DNA from: an uncultured Chloroflexia bacterium
GTDB taxonomy: Bacteria > Chloroflexota > UBA6077 > JACCZL01
Direction of reading: 5' to 3'
DNA length: 64,000 nucleotides
Assembly (NCBI GenBank): GCA_963765765.1
Contig: CAVXYC010000015.1
Coordinates: forward strand, 448,001 to 512,000
Shown: piece by piece, positions 1 through 9,356 of the stretch
How the letters are laid out: each line of letters starts with the position of its first letter
How positions within the stretch are numbered: position 1 is the stretch's first letter
Position numbers and translations under genes: made by a program
The notes under the pieces: model-generated
Database searches by the model: none
Seen by the model: only the letters and a program-made list of their open reading frames with translations
Told to the model about the DNA's origin: nothing

Positions 1-2
1 CC

Positions 3-812
3 ATCAGGGACGACGACACTAGCTATTTCACTGGTCCCGATCAGCTCGAGCGGGTATACGGCGCCGTCTGGGACCAAGTTCCCGTTTCACTGGCGGTCGT
101 ACCGTTCCACGCAAGCACAAAGTCAGGATCAGTTCCGGAGGAGTTCTGGAGCGGGGGTCGCGAATACGCTACTGCCGACAATGACACATTGGTTCGTTAT
201 CTCCGGGATCAGATCCGCAAGAATCGAGTGTCCGTCCTACTCCATGGCTATAACCATAAAAACTACGACGACGGATTCGAATTCCAGGTCGGTGAGCATC
301 TGTTCGATCGCATCGTGAAAGGCAAATTCGAGCTGGAGCGGCTTTTTGGTGTCACGGTGCAGACCTTTGTGCCGCCACACAACGCACTTTCACGTCGCGG
401 CTTGGAGGCAGTGGATCGGAGTGGTCTCAACGTTCTGGGGTCGTTCCTATCGTTCTCGCCAAAGCAGCGGCCCTGGGACCGCACCACGCTGGGAAATTAC
501 CTCAAGGTCTGGCGCTATCGGCGCAGGACGGGACGTGGACGACACGATCGAATGGTCTACCCCACTCCGCTACGCTACGCGAACCATTCGGAGCTCGGAT
601 GTCACGGACTCATCCCGGGTACGTCGCTCGCTTCATTGACTCGCGGATTCGATGAAGCTCAGCAGGCGGGTGGTGATTTCTGCCTGGCCACGCACTACTG
701 GGAGTTCGATAGCGCCATGACTGAGACGCTGCATGGACTTCTCGATCACGCTCGCAAGGCTGATGTGACGTTCGTTCACGCGGATGCGCTGTTTGACAGG
801 ACACCAAACTGA
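3..812 (+). CDS. Polysaccharide deacetylase-like protein (DUF2334-like), 5' truncated
   Basis: Frame open from the window edge: IRDDD, LAVVP, LHGYNH, FVPPHN and ATHYWE motifs of NodB-like deacetylases. Confidence 0.75.
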   Translation: MRDDDTSYFTGPDQLERVYGAVWDQVPVSLAVVPFHASTKSGSVPEEFWSGGREYATADNDTLVRYLRDQIRKNRVSVLLHGYNHKNYDDGFEFQVGEHLFDRIVKGKFELERLFGVTVQTFVPPHNALSRRGLEAVDRSGLNVLGSFLSFSPKQRPWDRTTLGNYLKVWRYRRRTGRGRHDRMVYPTPLRYANHSELGCHGLIPGTSLASLTRGFDEAQQAGGDFCLATHYWEFDSAMTETLHGLLDHARKADVTFVHADALFDRTPN

Positions 813-904
813 TGACTTGCGGAGGATTCCCCGTATCGGTCGCTAGAGCGGGCGTCGAGTGCCGCAGCGGGCAGCGACGCCCGCTCTACCGGGAACATCC
901 ATGA
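812..904 (+). CDS. 30-aa bridging mini-ORF MTCGGFPVSVARAGVECRSGQRRPLYREHP
   Basis: ATG overlaps the upstream stop (TGATG 810-814); its TGA overlaps the neuA ATG (ATGA 901-904). Confidence 0.5.
   Translation: MTCGGFPVSVARAGVECRSGQRRPLYREHP
844..888. repeat. REP-like hairpin
   Basis: TAGAGCGGGCGTCG (844-857) and CGACGCCCGCTCTA (875-888) form a perfect 14-bp inverted repeat; GTAG end on the minus strand. Confidence 0.8.
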
Positions 905-1644
905 GCTTATTACGGACGCTGGCCATCATCCCCGCGCGCGGCGGGTCCAAGGGCGTTCCGCGGAAGAATCTCAAGCTGCTGGGAGGAAAACCGCTGATCC
1001 AGTGGAGTATCGACTCAGCCCGTGTATCTCATCTCCTCGATCGATTCATCGTTTCGACAGACGATGAGGAGATTGCTGAGGCGGCACGCGCGCTGGGCGC
1101 CAACGTCCCGTTCATCCGTCCGGCGGAGTATGCGCAAGACGCAACGCCGGACCTGCCGGTGTTTCAGCACGCGTTGCGCTGGTTCGACGAGCACGAGGGG
1201 TATAGGCCTGAGGCGGTGGTGCACTTGCGCCCGACATTGCCCTTGCGCCCGGACGGTTTGATCGATGCTGTCATTGAGCGGCTGTCATCAACCGGGGCTG
1301 ACTGCGTAAAATCGATCGTGCCTGTGGAACAGCACCCGCACAAAATGTGGCGACTGGAGGGGGAAAGCCTTCTCCCGTTTCAGGATACGCTGCTCTGGCG
1401 TCAGGTTGGTCCTGACTATCCTCGACAGAAGCTGGAGCCCGTGTACTGGTCAGCCGGATTGGTGGATGCAATCCGACGCGAGACCATTCTCGAGCGCGAA
1501 TCAACGGTAGGCGACCATGTCGTTGCGTTTCCCGTTGAACCAGACGTGCTCATTGATCTCGATACCGAGCGTGACTTCCTGATCGCTGAGGCGCTGCTCC
1601 AGATCGAACGCGATCGGCTGACAAATGAGGTGACTCGCTCATGA
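901..1644 (+). CDS. neuA: CMP-nonulosonic acid synthetase (acylneuraminate cytidylyltransferase)
   Basis: IIPARGGSKGVPRKN, VSTDD, LRPT, YPRQ and IDLDT motifs. Confidence 0.92.
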   Translation: MSLLRTLAIIPARGGSKGVPRKNLKLLGGKPLIQWSIDSARVSHLLDRFIVSTDDEEIAEAARALGANVPFIRPAEYAQDATPDLPVFQHALRWFDEHEGYRPEAVVHLRPTLPLRPDGLIDAVIERLSSTGADCVKSIVPVEQHPHKMWRLEGESLLPFQDTLLWRQVGPDYPRQKLEPVYWSAGLVDAIRRETILERESTVGDHVVAFPVEPDVLIDLDTERDFLIAEALLQIERDRLTNEVTRS

Positions 1645-2696
1645 GTGTGATCAATATTGGGAACCGCGCGATTGGCGAGGACGAGCCCTGTTTCATCATT
1701 GCCGAGGCCGGCGTAAATCACAACGGTTCTCTCGACTTGGCCAAGCGGCTGGTGGATATTGCTGTCGACGCCGGTGCTGACGCGGTGAAGTTCCAAAAGC
1801 GCACCGTGGGCGATATTCTGATCGCCGAGGCCCTGGAACGAGCCTACACGGTTCCGACGGCGCTCGGGCCCACCTATGGTGAGCATCGAGAGGCGCTGGA
1901 GCTTTCAGCTGAAGAGTACGGTGAGCTAGCCGACCATTGCCGAGATAAAAAGATCACGATGCTCGCCAGTGGCTGGGACAAGAAGAGCGTTGATTTCCTG
2001 GATCAGATCGGCATTCCGGCTTTTAAAGTTGCGTCGGCGGATCTTACCAACCTGCCGCTCCTAGAGCACACGGCTAAGAAGAACAAGCCGGTGATTCTCT
2101 CTACGGGGATGAGCGACCTGGACGAGATTGATATTGCTGTAGAAACGATTCGTCGCTTCAATGACCAATTGATATTGCTGCAGTGCACGTCGACGTATCC
2201 CGCCGATAACGAGAACATCCACCTCCGCGTCATGGATGCCTACCGCAAGCGCTATAGCGTGGTGGTGGGCTATTCGGGGCATGAGCGTGGGCTCGCTCCG
2301 ACGGAGGCGGCTGTGGCTCTGGGCGCTAACGTGATCGAACGACACTTCACGATCGATCGAACGATGGTGGGCCCGGATCACGCGGCGTCGCTGGAGCCGG
2401 ACGGACTGCGTCGACTCATCCGTAATTTGCGCAACATAGAGAAGGCGCTCGGATCGCCCGACAAGCACGTCCTGGACGGCGAATGGTCGGTCCGGGAGCG
2501 GCTTGCGAAGAGCGTAGTGGCAGCGGCGGACATTCCCGCCGGCACGCCGATCAGCGCGGAGATGCTCACCGTCAAGGGCCCAGGGACAGGGCTGAAACCG
2601 GTGTATCTGGAGAGCCTGGTGGGGCGGGTGGCCCAGCAGGCGGTGGGCATGGACACAATCGTACCGAAGGAGGCGCTGTCCTGGCCGACAGCGTAA
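1641..2696 (+). CDS. neuB: N-acetylneuraminate/nonulosonate synthase with C-terminal SAF domain
   Basis: IIAEAGVNHNG, AVKFQ, ILSTGM, QCTSTYP, GYSGH, IERHFT and GPDH motifs. Confidence 0.93.
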   Translation: MSVINIGNRAIGEDEPCFIIAEAGVNHNGSLDLAKRLVDIAVDAGADAVKFQKRTVGDILIAEALERAYTVPTALGPTYGEHREALELSAEEYGELADHCRDKKITMLASGWDKKSVDFLDQIGIPAFKVASADLTNLPLLEHTAKKNKPVILSTGMSDLDEIDIAVETIRRFNDQLILLQCTSTYPADNENIHLRVMDAYRKRYSVVVGYSGHERGLAPTEAAVALGANVIERHFTIDRTMVGPDHAASLEPDGLRRLIRNLRNIEKALGSPDKHVLDGEWSVRERLAKSVVAAADIPAGTPISAEMLTVKGPGTGLKPVYLESLVGRVAQQAVGMDTIVPKEALSWPTA

Positions 2697-3247
2697 CTGA
2701 GTCGATCTCGGAGTCTGAGCTTCCGGGAAAGGTCACGGCGAAGGGGGCTGGCACGGTTGTCGAGCGGCTCCGTGGCGTGAAGCTCCTGGCGATGGACGTG
2801 GATGGCGTGCTCACCGATGCCGGCATGTACTACGCCGAGAATGGTGACGAGCTGAAGAAGTTCAACACTCGCGATGGTCAGGGCATTGCACTGGCTCGCG
2901 AGCTTGGCATACGAACTGTGATCCTGACCGGGGAAAGCACGAAGCTAGTCACTCGTCGAGCCGAAAAGCTCCGCATCGATCACCTACGGCAGGGCGTGCG
3001 CGACAAGCGCGCGGCGTTGATGGAGATCCTGGAGACGGAAGATATACCGCCTGAGCAGGCCTGCTACGTGGGAGATGACTTGAACGATCTTGGGGTGCTC
3101 GAGATGGTCGGCCTGGCTATCGTCGTCAACGACGCGATGCGCCGCCCCCGCACACTCGCGCACTACGTGACCGCGGCGCGTGGCGGCGAAGGTGCAATTC
3201 GAGAGGTATGTGAAATGATTCTGGATGCGCAGCGAGGAGGGTGTTGA
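2681..3247 (+). CDS. KdsC-family HAD phosphatase, likely nonulosonate-9-phosphate phosphatase
   Basis: DVDGVLTD, FNTRDG, TGE, GDDLND and GGEGAIRE motifs; proposed CTG start 7 nt after AAGGAGG (start uncertain). Confidence 0.85.
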   Translation: MADSVTESISESELPGKVTAKGAGTVVERLRGVKLLAMDVDGVLTDAGMYYAENGDELKKFNTRDGQGIALARELGIRTVILTGESTKLVTRRAEKLRIDHLRQGVRDKRAALMEILETEDIPPEQACYVGDDLNDLGVLEMVGLAIVVNDAMRRPRTLAHYVTAARGGEGAIREVCEMILDAQRGGC

Positions 3248-4257
3248 TGGCACAGGAGTTCTGGCGCGGTCGATCGGTTCTGGTTACCGGGGCCAACGGC
3301 TTCATCGGAGCCTGGGTGATCCGCACCCTCGCCGAGCTCGGCGCGAACGTGACCGGCTATGACAAGTCGGAGATTGGCGCACTGTCACTCCATGATGGCG
3401 TGCGTAATCGAATCGAGCTTGTTCTTGGCGATCTCACGGACCAGGCGCTCCTGGAGCGAACACTCGTACACCGCGAAGTGAAGACCGTTATCCACCTCGG
3501 AGCGCAATCCAACATCAGCTTCGCCAAGGGTGGGCCCGTACCGGCATTCGAGTCGAACATTCGAGGAAGCTGGACGGTGCTCGAGGCGTGTCGCACCACG
3601 GAATCAACCGAGACCATTGCTATTGCCTCCAGCAACACCGTTTATGGCGATCACGATACCGCTCCGTTTGATGAGAGTTTCGCGCTCAACGCGAATAACC
3701 CCTACGCCTCATCCAAGGCGTGCACCGATATTCTGGCCCGCTGCTACGCCGCAACCTACAACCTGCCTGTGGCAATAGCTCGAGCGACCAACACGTATGG
3801 CGGCGCGGATCCGAACCTGACACGGATCGTGCCTGACACCCTATTGCGCATCATCCGGGGAGAGCGGCCTCAGATTCGAAGCGACGGCAGTCCGGCAAAG
3901 GGCTACCTGTACATCAAGGACACCGTGTCAGCCTATCTAACGCTGGGCGAGCGAGCGGCCGAAGAGGGGGTGCGCGGGAATGCGTTCAACTTCCATCCGG
4001 ATGAGCCAATTTCCGTGCTGAACCTGGTGAAGACCATGGTCAAGGTGGCTGGGCGACCGGACCTAGAGCCGACCGTTCTAGGCGCACCGGGCAAGTATGA
4101 GTACGAATTCCTGACCAATAAGCGCGCTGCGGATGTGTTGAGCTGGCGGCCCGCTTATAGCATGGAAGACGGACTTGCCGAGACGTATGAGTGGTACAAG
4201 GAGCACGAGGGGTCGGAGCTGGAACGGGCCGCGCGTGTCTTTAGCCGCCCCAACTAG
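3247..4257 (+). CDS. NDP-sugar epimerase/dehydratase (SDR, RfbG-like)
   Basis: FWRGRSVLVTGANGFIG and YASSK catalytic motif. Confidence 0.88.
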   Translation: MAQEFWRGRSVLVTGANGFIGAWVIRTLAELGANVTGYDKSEIGALSLHDGVRNRIELVLGDLTDQALLERTLVHREVKTVIHLGAQSNISFAKGGPVPAFESNIRGSWTVLEACRTTESTETIAIASSNTVYGDHDTAPFDESFALNANNPYASSKACTDILARCYAATYNLPVAIARATNTYGGADPNLTRIVPDTLLRIIRGERPQIRSDGSPAKGYLYIKDTVSAYLTLGERAAEEGVRGNAFNFHPDEPISVLNLVKTMVKVAGRPDLEPTVLGAPGKYEYEFLTNKRAADVLSWRPAYSMEDGLAETYEWYKEHEGSELERAARVFSRPN

Positions 4258-5734
4258 CTCGGCAGTAGCCGAGCGTCCTCAGACCGCAAGCGTGCCCCAA
4301 GTACGCCACCGCGGACGAACCATCTTCGTTTGCATTCCCAGCGGCACGCCTGCCGCGAATATTTTGCGCACCGGCGTGTTCTCGGCGATCCGAGACGATG
4401 ATTCGGTCGGGACCTTGGTGATCCTTTCGCCGTTGGTGAGTGAGCCGCACTTTGTGCAGGAGCACGCGGGTCCGAAAGTGCGCTTTGCTCCGCTGATCCC
4501 GCATGAGCCGGGGTGGCTTGAGCGACGGTTCATCCGCGTTATGCAGGAGCGCTTCGTCAAGACCATGCCGACCTCCAGCATGCGCATCCGCGTGGCCAAA
4601 GCCGCGCGTGCCGAGGGCGAGGTGCGCTACCTCGACCGAACCCCGCTTTCAATGAAGTCCCGCGGGGCCAAGCGGCTGGCCGTGGGGGCGTTGAAAACTC
4701 TGCCGTTTCCAATCGATTTCTGGTTTCGAGCGAGCGATTTCTGCACGCTCGGCTCACGCTACGCCGACGTCTTCAGTGAGTACTGCCCAGCATTAGTGGT
4801 GACTCCAACAACTGGGCTGTACTTCGGTGAAGGACCGCTCATGGCGCGCGCCGACCGAGTTGGCGTTCCGTCCGTTGCTATCGATCTAAGCTGGGACCAT
4901 TTCACAACCAAGACTGCTCCACTTCGAAGAGTACTGGGACTGGCTGTATGGAACGAGCTCATGAAGCGCGAAGCCACACAGCTCCATGGCTACCGGGATG
5001 ACCAGGTCGTGGTTGCTGGCGTGCCGCAGTTTGACATCTACGCGGACAAGCAGCGATTGGGTACACGGGACACCTTCTTCAAGCGCGTAGGGGCCGATCC
5101 GAACCGAAAGCTGTTGACATTGACGACCATCCCACCGGTCCTTTTCCGCAATCACCCGGACGTCATCGATACGCTCGTTCGAGCGATCGATTCCGACGCT
5201 TTCGGTGCGCCGGCTCAACTCCTCGTTCGCGTTCATCCACGTGATGACATAACGCAGTATGAGCGCTTCATGAGTCATCCTCACGTGGTGATCGAGAAGC
5301 CGTTCCGCGAGACGATCGTGGCGGAAGGTAGCAACGTGGACCCCTCGCTGTCCGACCGGCTCCATCTTGGCGCCACGCTATACCACAGCGACGTCATAGT
5401 CAATGTTGCATCCACGATCGCGATTGAGGCGGCGGTCATGGATACGCCCATCGTGAATCTCGCTTATGACGGATCAGATCGCCGCGAATATCTCGAGTCG
5501 ACGCGTCGCTACTATGACTACACTCACTTTCGCCCGCTGGTAGAGTCTGGCGCAACGCGCCTGGCTCGCTCCCCCGACGATCTTGTGCGGGAAGTCAGCC
5601 AGTATCTCGATGATCCGTCTCGCGACCGCGGCGGTCGTAAGCGCGCCGTGGAGCAGCTTTGCTACCGCGTGGACGGTAAATCAAGCGAGCGTGTCGCGGA
5701 TTTCGTGCTGCGTACGCTAGCGACGGTGGCCTAA
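4235..5734 (+). CDS. GT-B fold protein (TagF-like / candidate nonulosonate transferase)
   Basis: SWDH, GVPQFD, VRVHPR, STIAIEA and DGKSSERV motifs; follows the neu genes; GTG start chosen for overlap with the upstream gene. Confidence 0.65.
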   Translation: MSLAAPTSSAVAERPQTASVPQVRHRGRTIFVCIPSGTPAANILRTGVFSAIRDDDSVGTLVILSPLVSEPHFVQEHAGPKVRFAPLIPHEPGWLERRFIRVMQERFVKTMPTSSMRIRVAKAARAEGEVRYLDRTPLSMKSRGAKRLAVGALKTLPFPIDFWFRASDFCTLGSRYADVFSEYCPALVVTPTTGLYFGEGPLMARADRVGVPSVAIDLSWDHFTTKTAPLRRVLGLAVWNELMKREATQLHGYRDDQVVVAGVPQFDIYADKQRLGTRDTFFKRVGADPNRKLLTLTTIPPVLFRNHPDVIDTLVRAIDSDAFGAPAQLLVRVHPRDDITQYERFMSHPHVVIEKPFRETIVAEGSNVDPSLSDRLHLGATLYHSDVIVNVASTIAIEAAVMDTPIVNLAYDGSDRREYLESTRRYYDYTHFRPLVESGATRLARSPDDLVREVSQYLDDPSRDRGGRKRAVEQLCYRVDGKSSERVADFVLRTLATVA

Positions 5735-6560
5735 TGGCGTCGAACGATATCGTTGTCATCGATAGCAAACAGCGCTTTGCGCCGTTTGCTATCTTCCAGG
5801 TAGCCCGCTACAGCGAGCTCATCGCTGCGCTGACACAGCGCGAGGTCAAGGCGCGCTACCGCCAGACACTCCTTGGTTTCTCCTGGGCTATCGCTCAGCC
5901 GCTGGCATTCATGATTGTGTTCAATCTGGTGTTCTCACGCTTTGCGAAAGTGCCATCGGACGGAATTCCGTACCCGGTGTTCTCATACGCCGCCCTGGTG
6001 CCCTGGACGTTCCTCACCAACGCCCTCAATTCGGCCACGATCAGCCTCGTGAGCCAGCGCAGCATTGTGACGAAAACATACTTCCCGCGCGAAGTGATCG
6101 TGGTATCTCAGATCACCGCGCGGTTCATCGATTTCCTGGCCTCTGCCGTCATTTTCCCGGCTTGATGATCTGGTATCAGATCATGCCGACTGCCTGGATC
6201 CTATTTGTTCCAGTGCTCCTGATTATTCAGATCATTCTTATGCTCGCGGCGTCGCTCATCACTTCGGCGCTTCACGTTTCCTACCGAGACCTGGCGCCGG
6301 TTGTGACGCTTGGGCTTCAGGTGTGGCTGTATCTAACACCGGTTTCGTATCCGCTATCGATCGTCCCAGCGGAGCTTAGACCGTGGTACCTCTTGAATCC
6401 GATGGCCGGATTGATCGAGTCGTACCGTGATGTCGTGATCCACGGACGTGCTCCGCAAATGGACGCGCTGGGCGCATCGATCATCATTTCGCTCCTGCTT
6501 TTCGCCGTCGCGTACCCATTTTTCAAGCGCGCCGAGCGAGCGTTCGCGGACGTGATTTGA
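5734..6560 (+). CDS. wzm: ABC-2 polysaccharide export permease, frameshift at ~6157 (probably sequencing error)
   Basis: REVKARYRQTLLGFSWA in one frame continues into YRDL..LTPVSYP..LNPM in the next frame. Confidence 0.9.
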
Positions 6561-6709
6561 TGCTCCCGAACGGACCTGCTGACGTTTTGGATTGCGGCGA
6601 TTATCGCCGCTCTCTTGCGAGGCTGAAAGTCGTCATCCATGTCGCTCCGCTCGGTGGGAAAGCGACGAAGACCGCCGCAGTCCAAAGATGCTCTGGGTGT
6701 GCGCGCTAG
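6560..6709 (+). CDS. 49-aa bridging mini-ORF MLPNGPADVLDCGDYRRSLARLKVVIHVAPLGGKATKTAAVQRCSGCAR
   Basis: TGATG overlap with the wzm stop; TAG ends 1 nt before the wzt ATG at 6711. Confidence 0.5.
   Translation: MLPNGPADVLDCGDYRRSLARLKVVIHVAPLGGKATKTAAVQRCSGCAR
6586..6686. repeat. REP doublet (REPIN-like), TTGGA(C/T)TGCGGC family
   Basis: TTTGGATTGCGGCGATTATCGCCGCTCTC versus GAAAGCGACGAAGACCGCCGCAGTCCAAA: 23/29 inverted match; arms internally palindromic. Confidence 0.75.
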
Positions 6710-6710
6710 C

Positions 6711-7959
6711 ATGGGCGATTTCGCGATCCGCTTCGAGAACGTCTCCAAAAGCTACCGCATCGGTCGTCCGCGGGCCTTTACAACGGCGTTCACAAATATG
6801 GTGGGCAAGATGCGCGGCCAGGAGACTGGTCGGGCGCAGCACTACGCGCTTTCCGATGTCTCGTTTGAGATTGAGAAGGGCGGAAGCGTGGGCATGGTAG
6901 GCGCCAATGGCGCCGGGCAAGACCACGATTCTGAAACTGCTCTCTCGAGTTACCTGGCCAACGTCAGGACGAGTGCTCGTTGCAGGTCGCGTGATCTCTC
7001 TCATCGAGCTCGGGGCCGGCTTTCACCCTGAGCTGACCGGTGAAGAGAACATCTACCTTCACGGCGCGATTCTGGGTATTCCCAAGAGCGTGCTCGCCCG
7101 ATCATTCGACAACGTGGTGGAGTTTGCCGGGATCCAGAAGTTCGTCGATACGCCGGTCAAATGGTACTCATCAGGCATGTACGCCCGCCTCGGCTTTAGT
7201 GTTGCCGCATTTAGCGAGCCCGATGTGCTGCTGGTGGACGAGGTGCTGGCGGTGGGCGACACGGCATTCCAACGCCGGGCCATAGATAAGATGCGCGAGT
7301 TCGTGACAACCGGTCGTACAGTGGTGCTGGTATCGCATGATCTGGCCAACGTGCGCGGTCTCTGCCGCGACGTGATCTGGCTGGACAAGGGGCAGATCAA
7401 AGCGCAGGGTGACACCGAGGAAGTGATCGCTCAGTATCTTGATCACGTGAACGAGCATGCGGCCGCCGAAGTCCGCGCTCGGGATCGCACAGAGATGCGC
7501 GGCGGATCCGGTGAGCTGCGCTATACCGCTGTCGACCTGTTGGACGACGAGGGGAACAAGCGCGAAGTCTTCAGTCTTGGCGAGCCAATCCGGGTGAGAG
7601 CGCGATACGAGGCGCTGCAGGCTGTGGACCGTCCGCTCTTCCGCGTGGCCATTACCTCACCGACGCATGGAGTGACCGTTTGCATCGCTGATTCCCAGTC
7701 GACCGATGTCCCCGCGCGCGTTGACGAGTCAGGCGAGATCGAATGCCGTTTCGATGCGCTGCCACTCCGACCGGGCCAGTACTCGGTGCAGCTCTACATC
7801 ACCGGTTCTGAGCTTGCAGGCCTCTACGACGCGCTCACCTTGGGTGAGACATTTGTCGTGTCCGCAGCAAACGTGTCGGCCGAGCACGGGTTTGCCGCGG
7901 GCCAGAGCGATCTCGTGCACATCCCGTTTGAGCTCACGCACCGGACGGGCGCACAGTAG
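6711..7959 (+). CDS. wzt: ABC transporter ATPase with C-terminal carbohydrate-binding (Wzt_C-like) domain, frameshift at ~6916
   Basis: Walker A GANGAGKTT split by one extra G; ELGAGFHPELTG, YSSGM and VDEVLAVGD motifs. Confidence 0.92.
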
Positions 7960-7964
7960 CAGGC

Positions 7965-9293
7965 ATGCCCCAGCCCGTTCTATTCGTTGCACGGGAGCCG
8001 GACGAGACACTTCGCACGTATCTCCCCGTTATCGATGAGCTCCACCGCCGCGGCTCCACGGCCAAAGTACTGTTCCATCACTGGCCGTCTGCGTGGGCGC
8101 GAGACGAGCTGCTTCGTAGAAACGTCGCCTGGTGGAATGTGGCAATTCCAGAACGATTGCCGCCAGGCTGGTTGGCGCAAGTGCCCTTGCACCAGCGCCT
8201 GGAGGGGCAGATCGCAGAGATTAGCCAGCTTCGAGCTGTCCGCGCGATTGCCAGGCGCATCATTGAGCAGGAACGGCCGTCAGCGCTCATCGTCATCCAG
8301 GATACGCTGCTACTCGAGCGGTTTCTCGTGCGCTGGGCCAATCGCCGCGGGATACCGACGGTGGTGATCCAATGGGCGTTCAATTTCCCGCAGGACTATT
8401 ACGATCGTCTCAGGGCATTGAAGGCGGAGGCGACTCCGGTGCCTGAAAACGCCTCACGTCGATCGCTGGGAATGTACCGAGCGGTTCAAGAGATCGTTGA
8501 CGTCGACTTCGATCTCGTGAACTCGTACGGTGGCGGTGAAGCTCGAGCATTCGCGGTGATGGGCCCGCACTTTGAAGAGCAGTACCGCTCGCAAGGTGTC
8601 GCTGGGAAGGCAATTGTAATTACGGGCCACCCGCTTCATGATGCCGCCTTCCGACGATTGAATGAGGCGGATGGATCGAATCTCGAGCACGTGCGCTCCG
8701 CGCATGGATTCGCCGTGGACGAGCGCGTTGTTCTGTACGCGACGCAGCCGTTCTTCTGGCGGGGAGTTATTACGCCTGAGGAGCTTCGCGAGAACATCGA
8801 GTGGATGAACGCGGCGGTCTCCGCTCTCAGCTCTGATTATCGGCTCACGGTGAAGATTCACCCTCGAGAATCGGTAGACGACTATGCGTTCTGTGCCGAG
8901 CTACAGCCTGCGGTTCGCGTGATTCCCCACGCCGAGATGACTGATCTGATCGCGCTTGCGGACATCTTCGTCTCATCGTCCTCGTCCACCGTGCTACTGG
9001 CAATGATGCTGGACCGGCCGATCGTCACCGTGAACTTCAACCAGGTCCTGCATTTCGACTACTTTGAGCCAATCGGCGGCACGCTTCACATTCGCACCTT
9101 CCACCAGTTATCAGACGGTCTTCAGCGCATCGTGCACGACGAGGACACGCGTTTGAAATTGGCATCAGCCCGCCGGTCCGCCCTCCAGCGCCTGGTTTGC
9201 TTCGATGGTCACGCGGCGGAGCGGGTGGCTGATTTGCTGGTCGGGCTTCCTCAATCGCTCGCTCCCTCGCCCGCTGGGAGAGGGCTGGAGTGA
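7965..9293 (+). CDS. GT-B fold glycan biosynthesis protein (candidate CMP-sugar transferase)
   Basis: ITGHP, VLYATQP, VKIHPRE, SSTVLLAM and DGHAAERV motifs. Confidence 0.6.
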   Translation: MPQPVLFVAREPDETLRTYLPVIDELHRRGSTAKVLFHHWPSAWARDELLRRNVAWWNVAIPERLPPGWLAQVPLHQRLEGQIAEISQLRAVRAIARRIIEQERPSALIVIQDTLLLERFLVRWANRRGIPTVVIQWAFNFPQDYYDRLRALKAEATPVPENASRRSLGMYRAVQEIVDVDFDLVNSYGGGEARAFAVMGPHFEEQYRSQGVAGKAIVITGHPLHDAAFRRLNEADGSNLEHVRSAHGFAVDERVVLYATQPFFWRGVITPEELRENIEWMNAAVSALSSDYRLTVKIHPRESVDDYAFCAELQPAVRVIPHAEMTDLIALADIFVSSSSSTVLLAMMLDRPIVTVNFNQVLHFDYFEPIGGTLHIRTFHQLSDGLQRIVHDEDTRLKLASARRSALQRLVCFDGHAAERVADLLVGLPQSLAPSPAGRGLE

Positions 9294-9356
9294 GGGGCCC
9301 GCGATGGGGGATCTCGCTCTTCCCTCACCCCAGCCCTCTCCCAGTGGGCGGGGGGG
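9262..9356. repeat. CCCTCTCCC/GGGAGAGGG-type REP doublet straddling a gene junction
   Basis: CTCCCTCGCCCGCTGGGAGAGGGCTGGAGTGAGGG inverted with CCCTCACCCCAGCCCTCTCCCAGTGGGCGGGGGG; homologous to 13002-13096. Confidence 0.85.

Noticed and set aside
6155-6165. TGA in wzm as a possible Sec codon or programmed frameshift
   Set aside because: The continuation is in a different frame, there is no Cys context or slippery heptamer, and it fits the CCGG indel pattern
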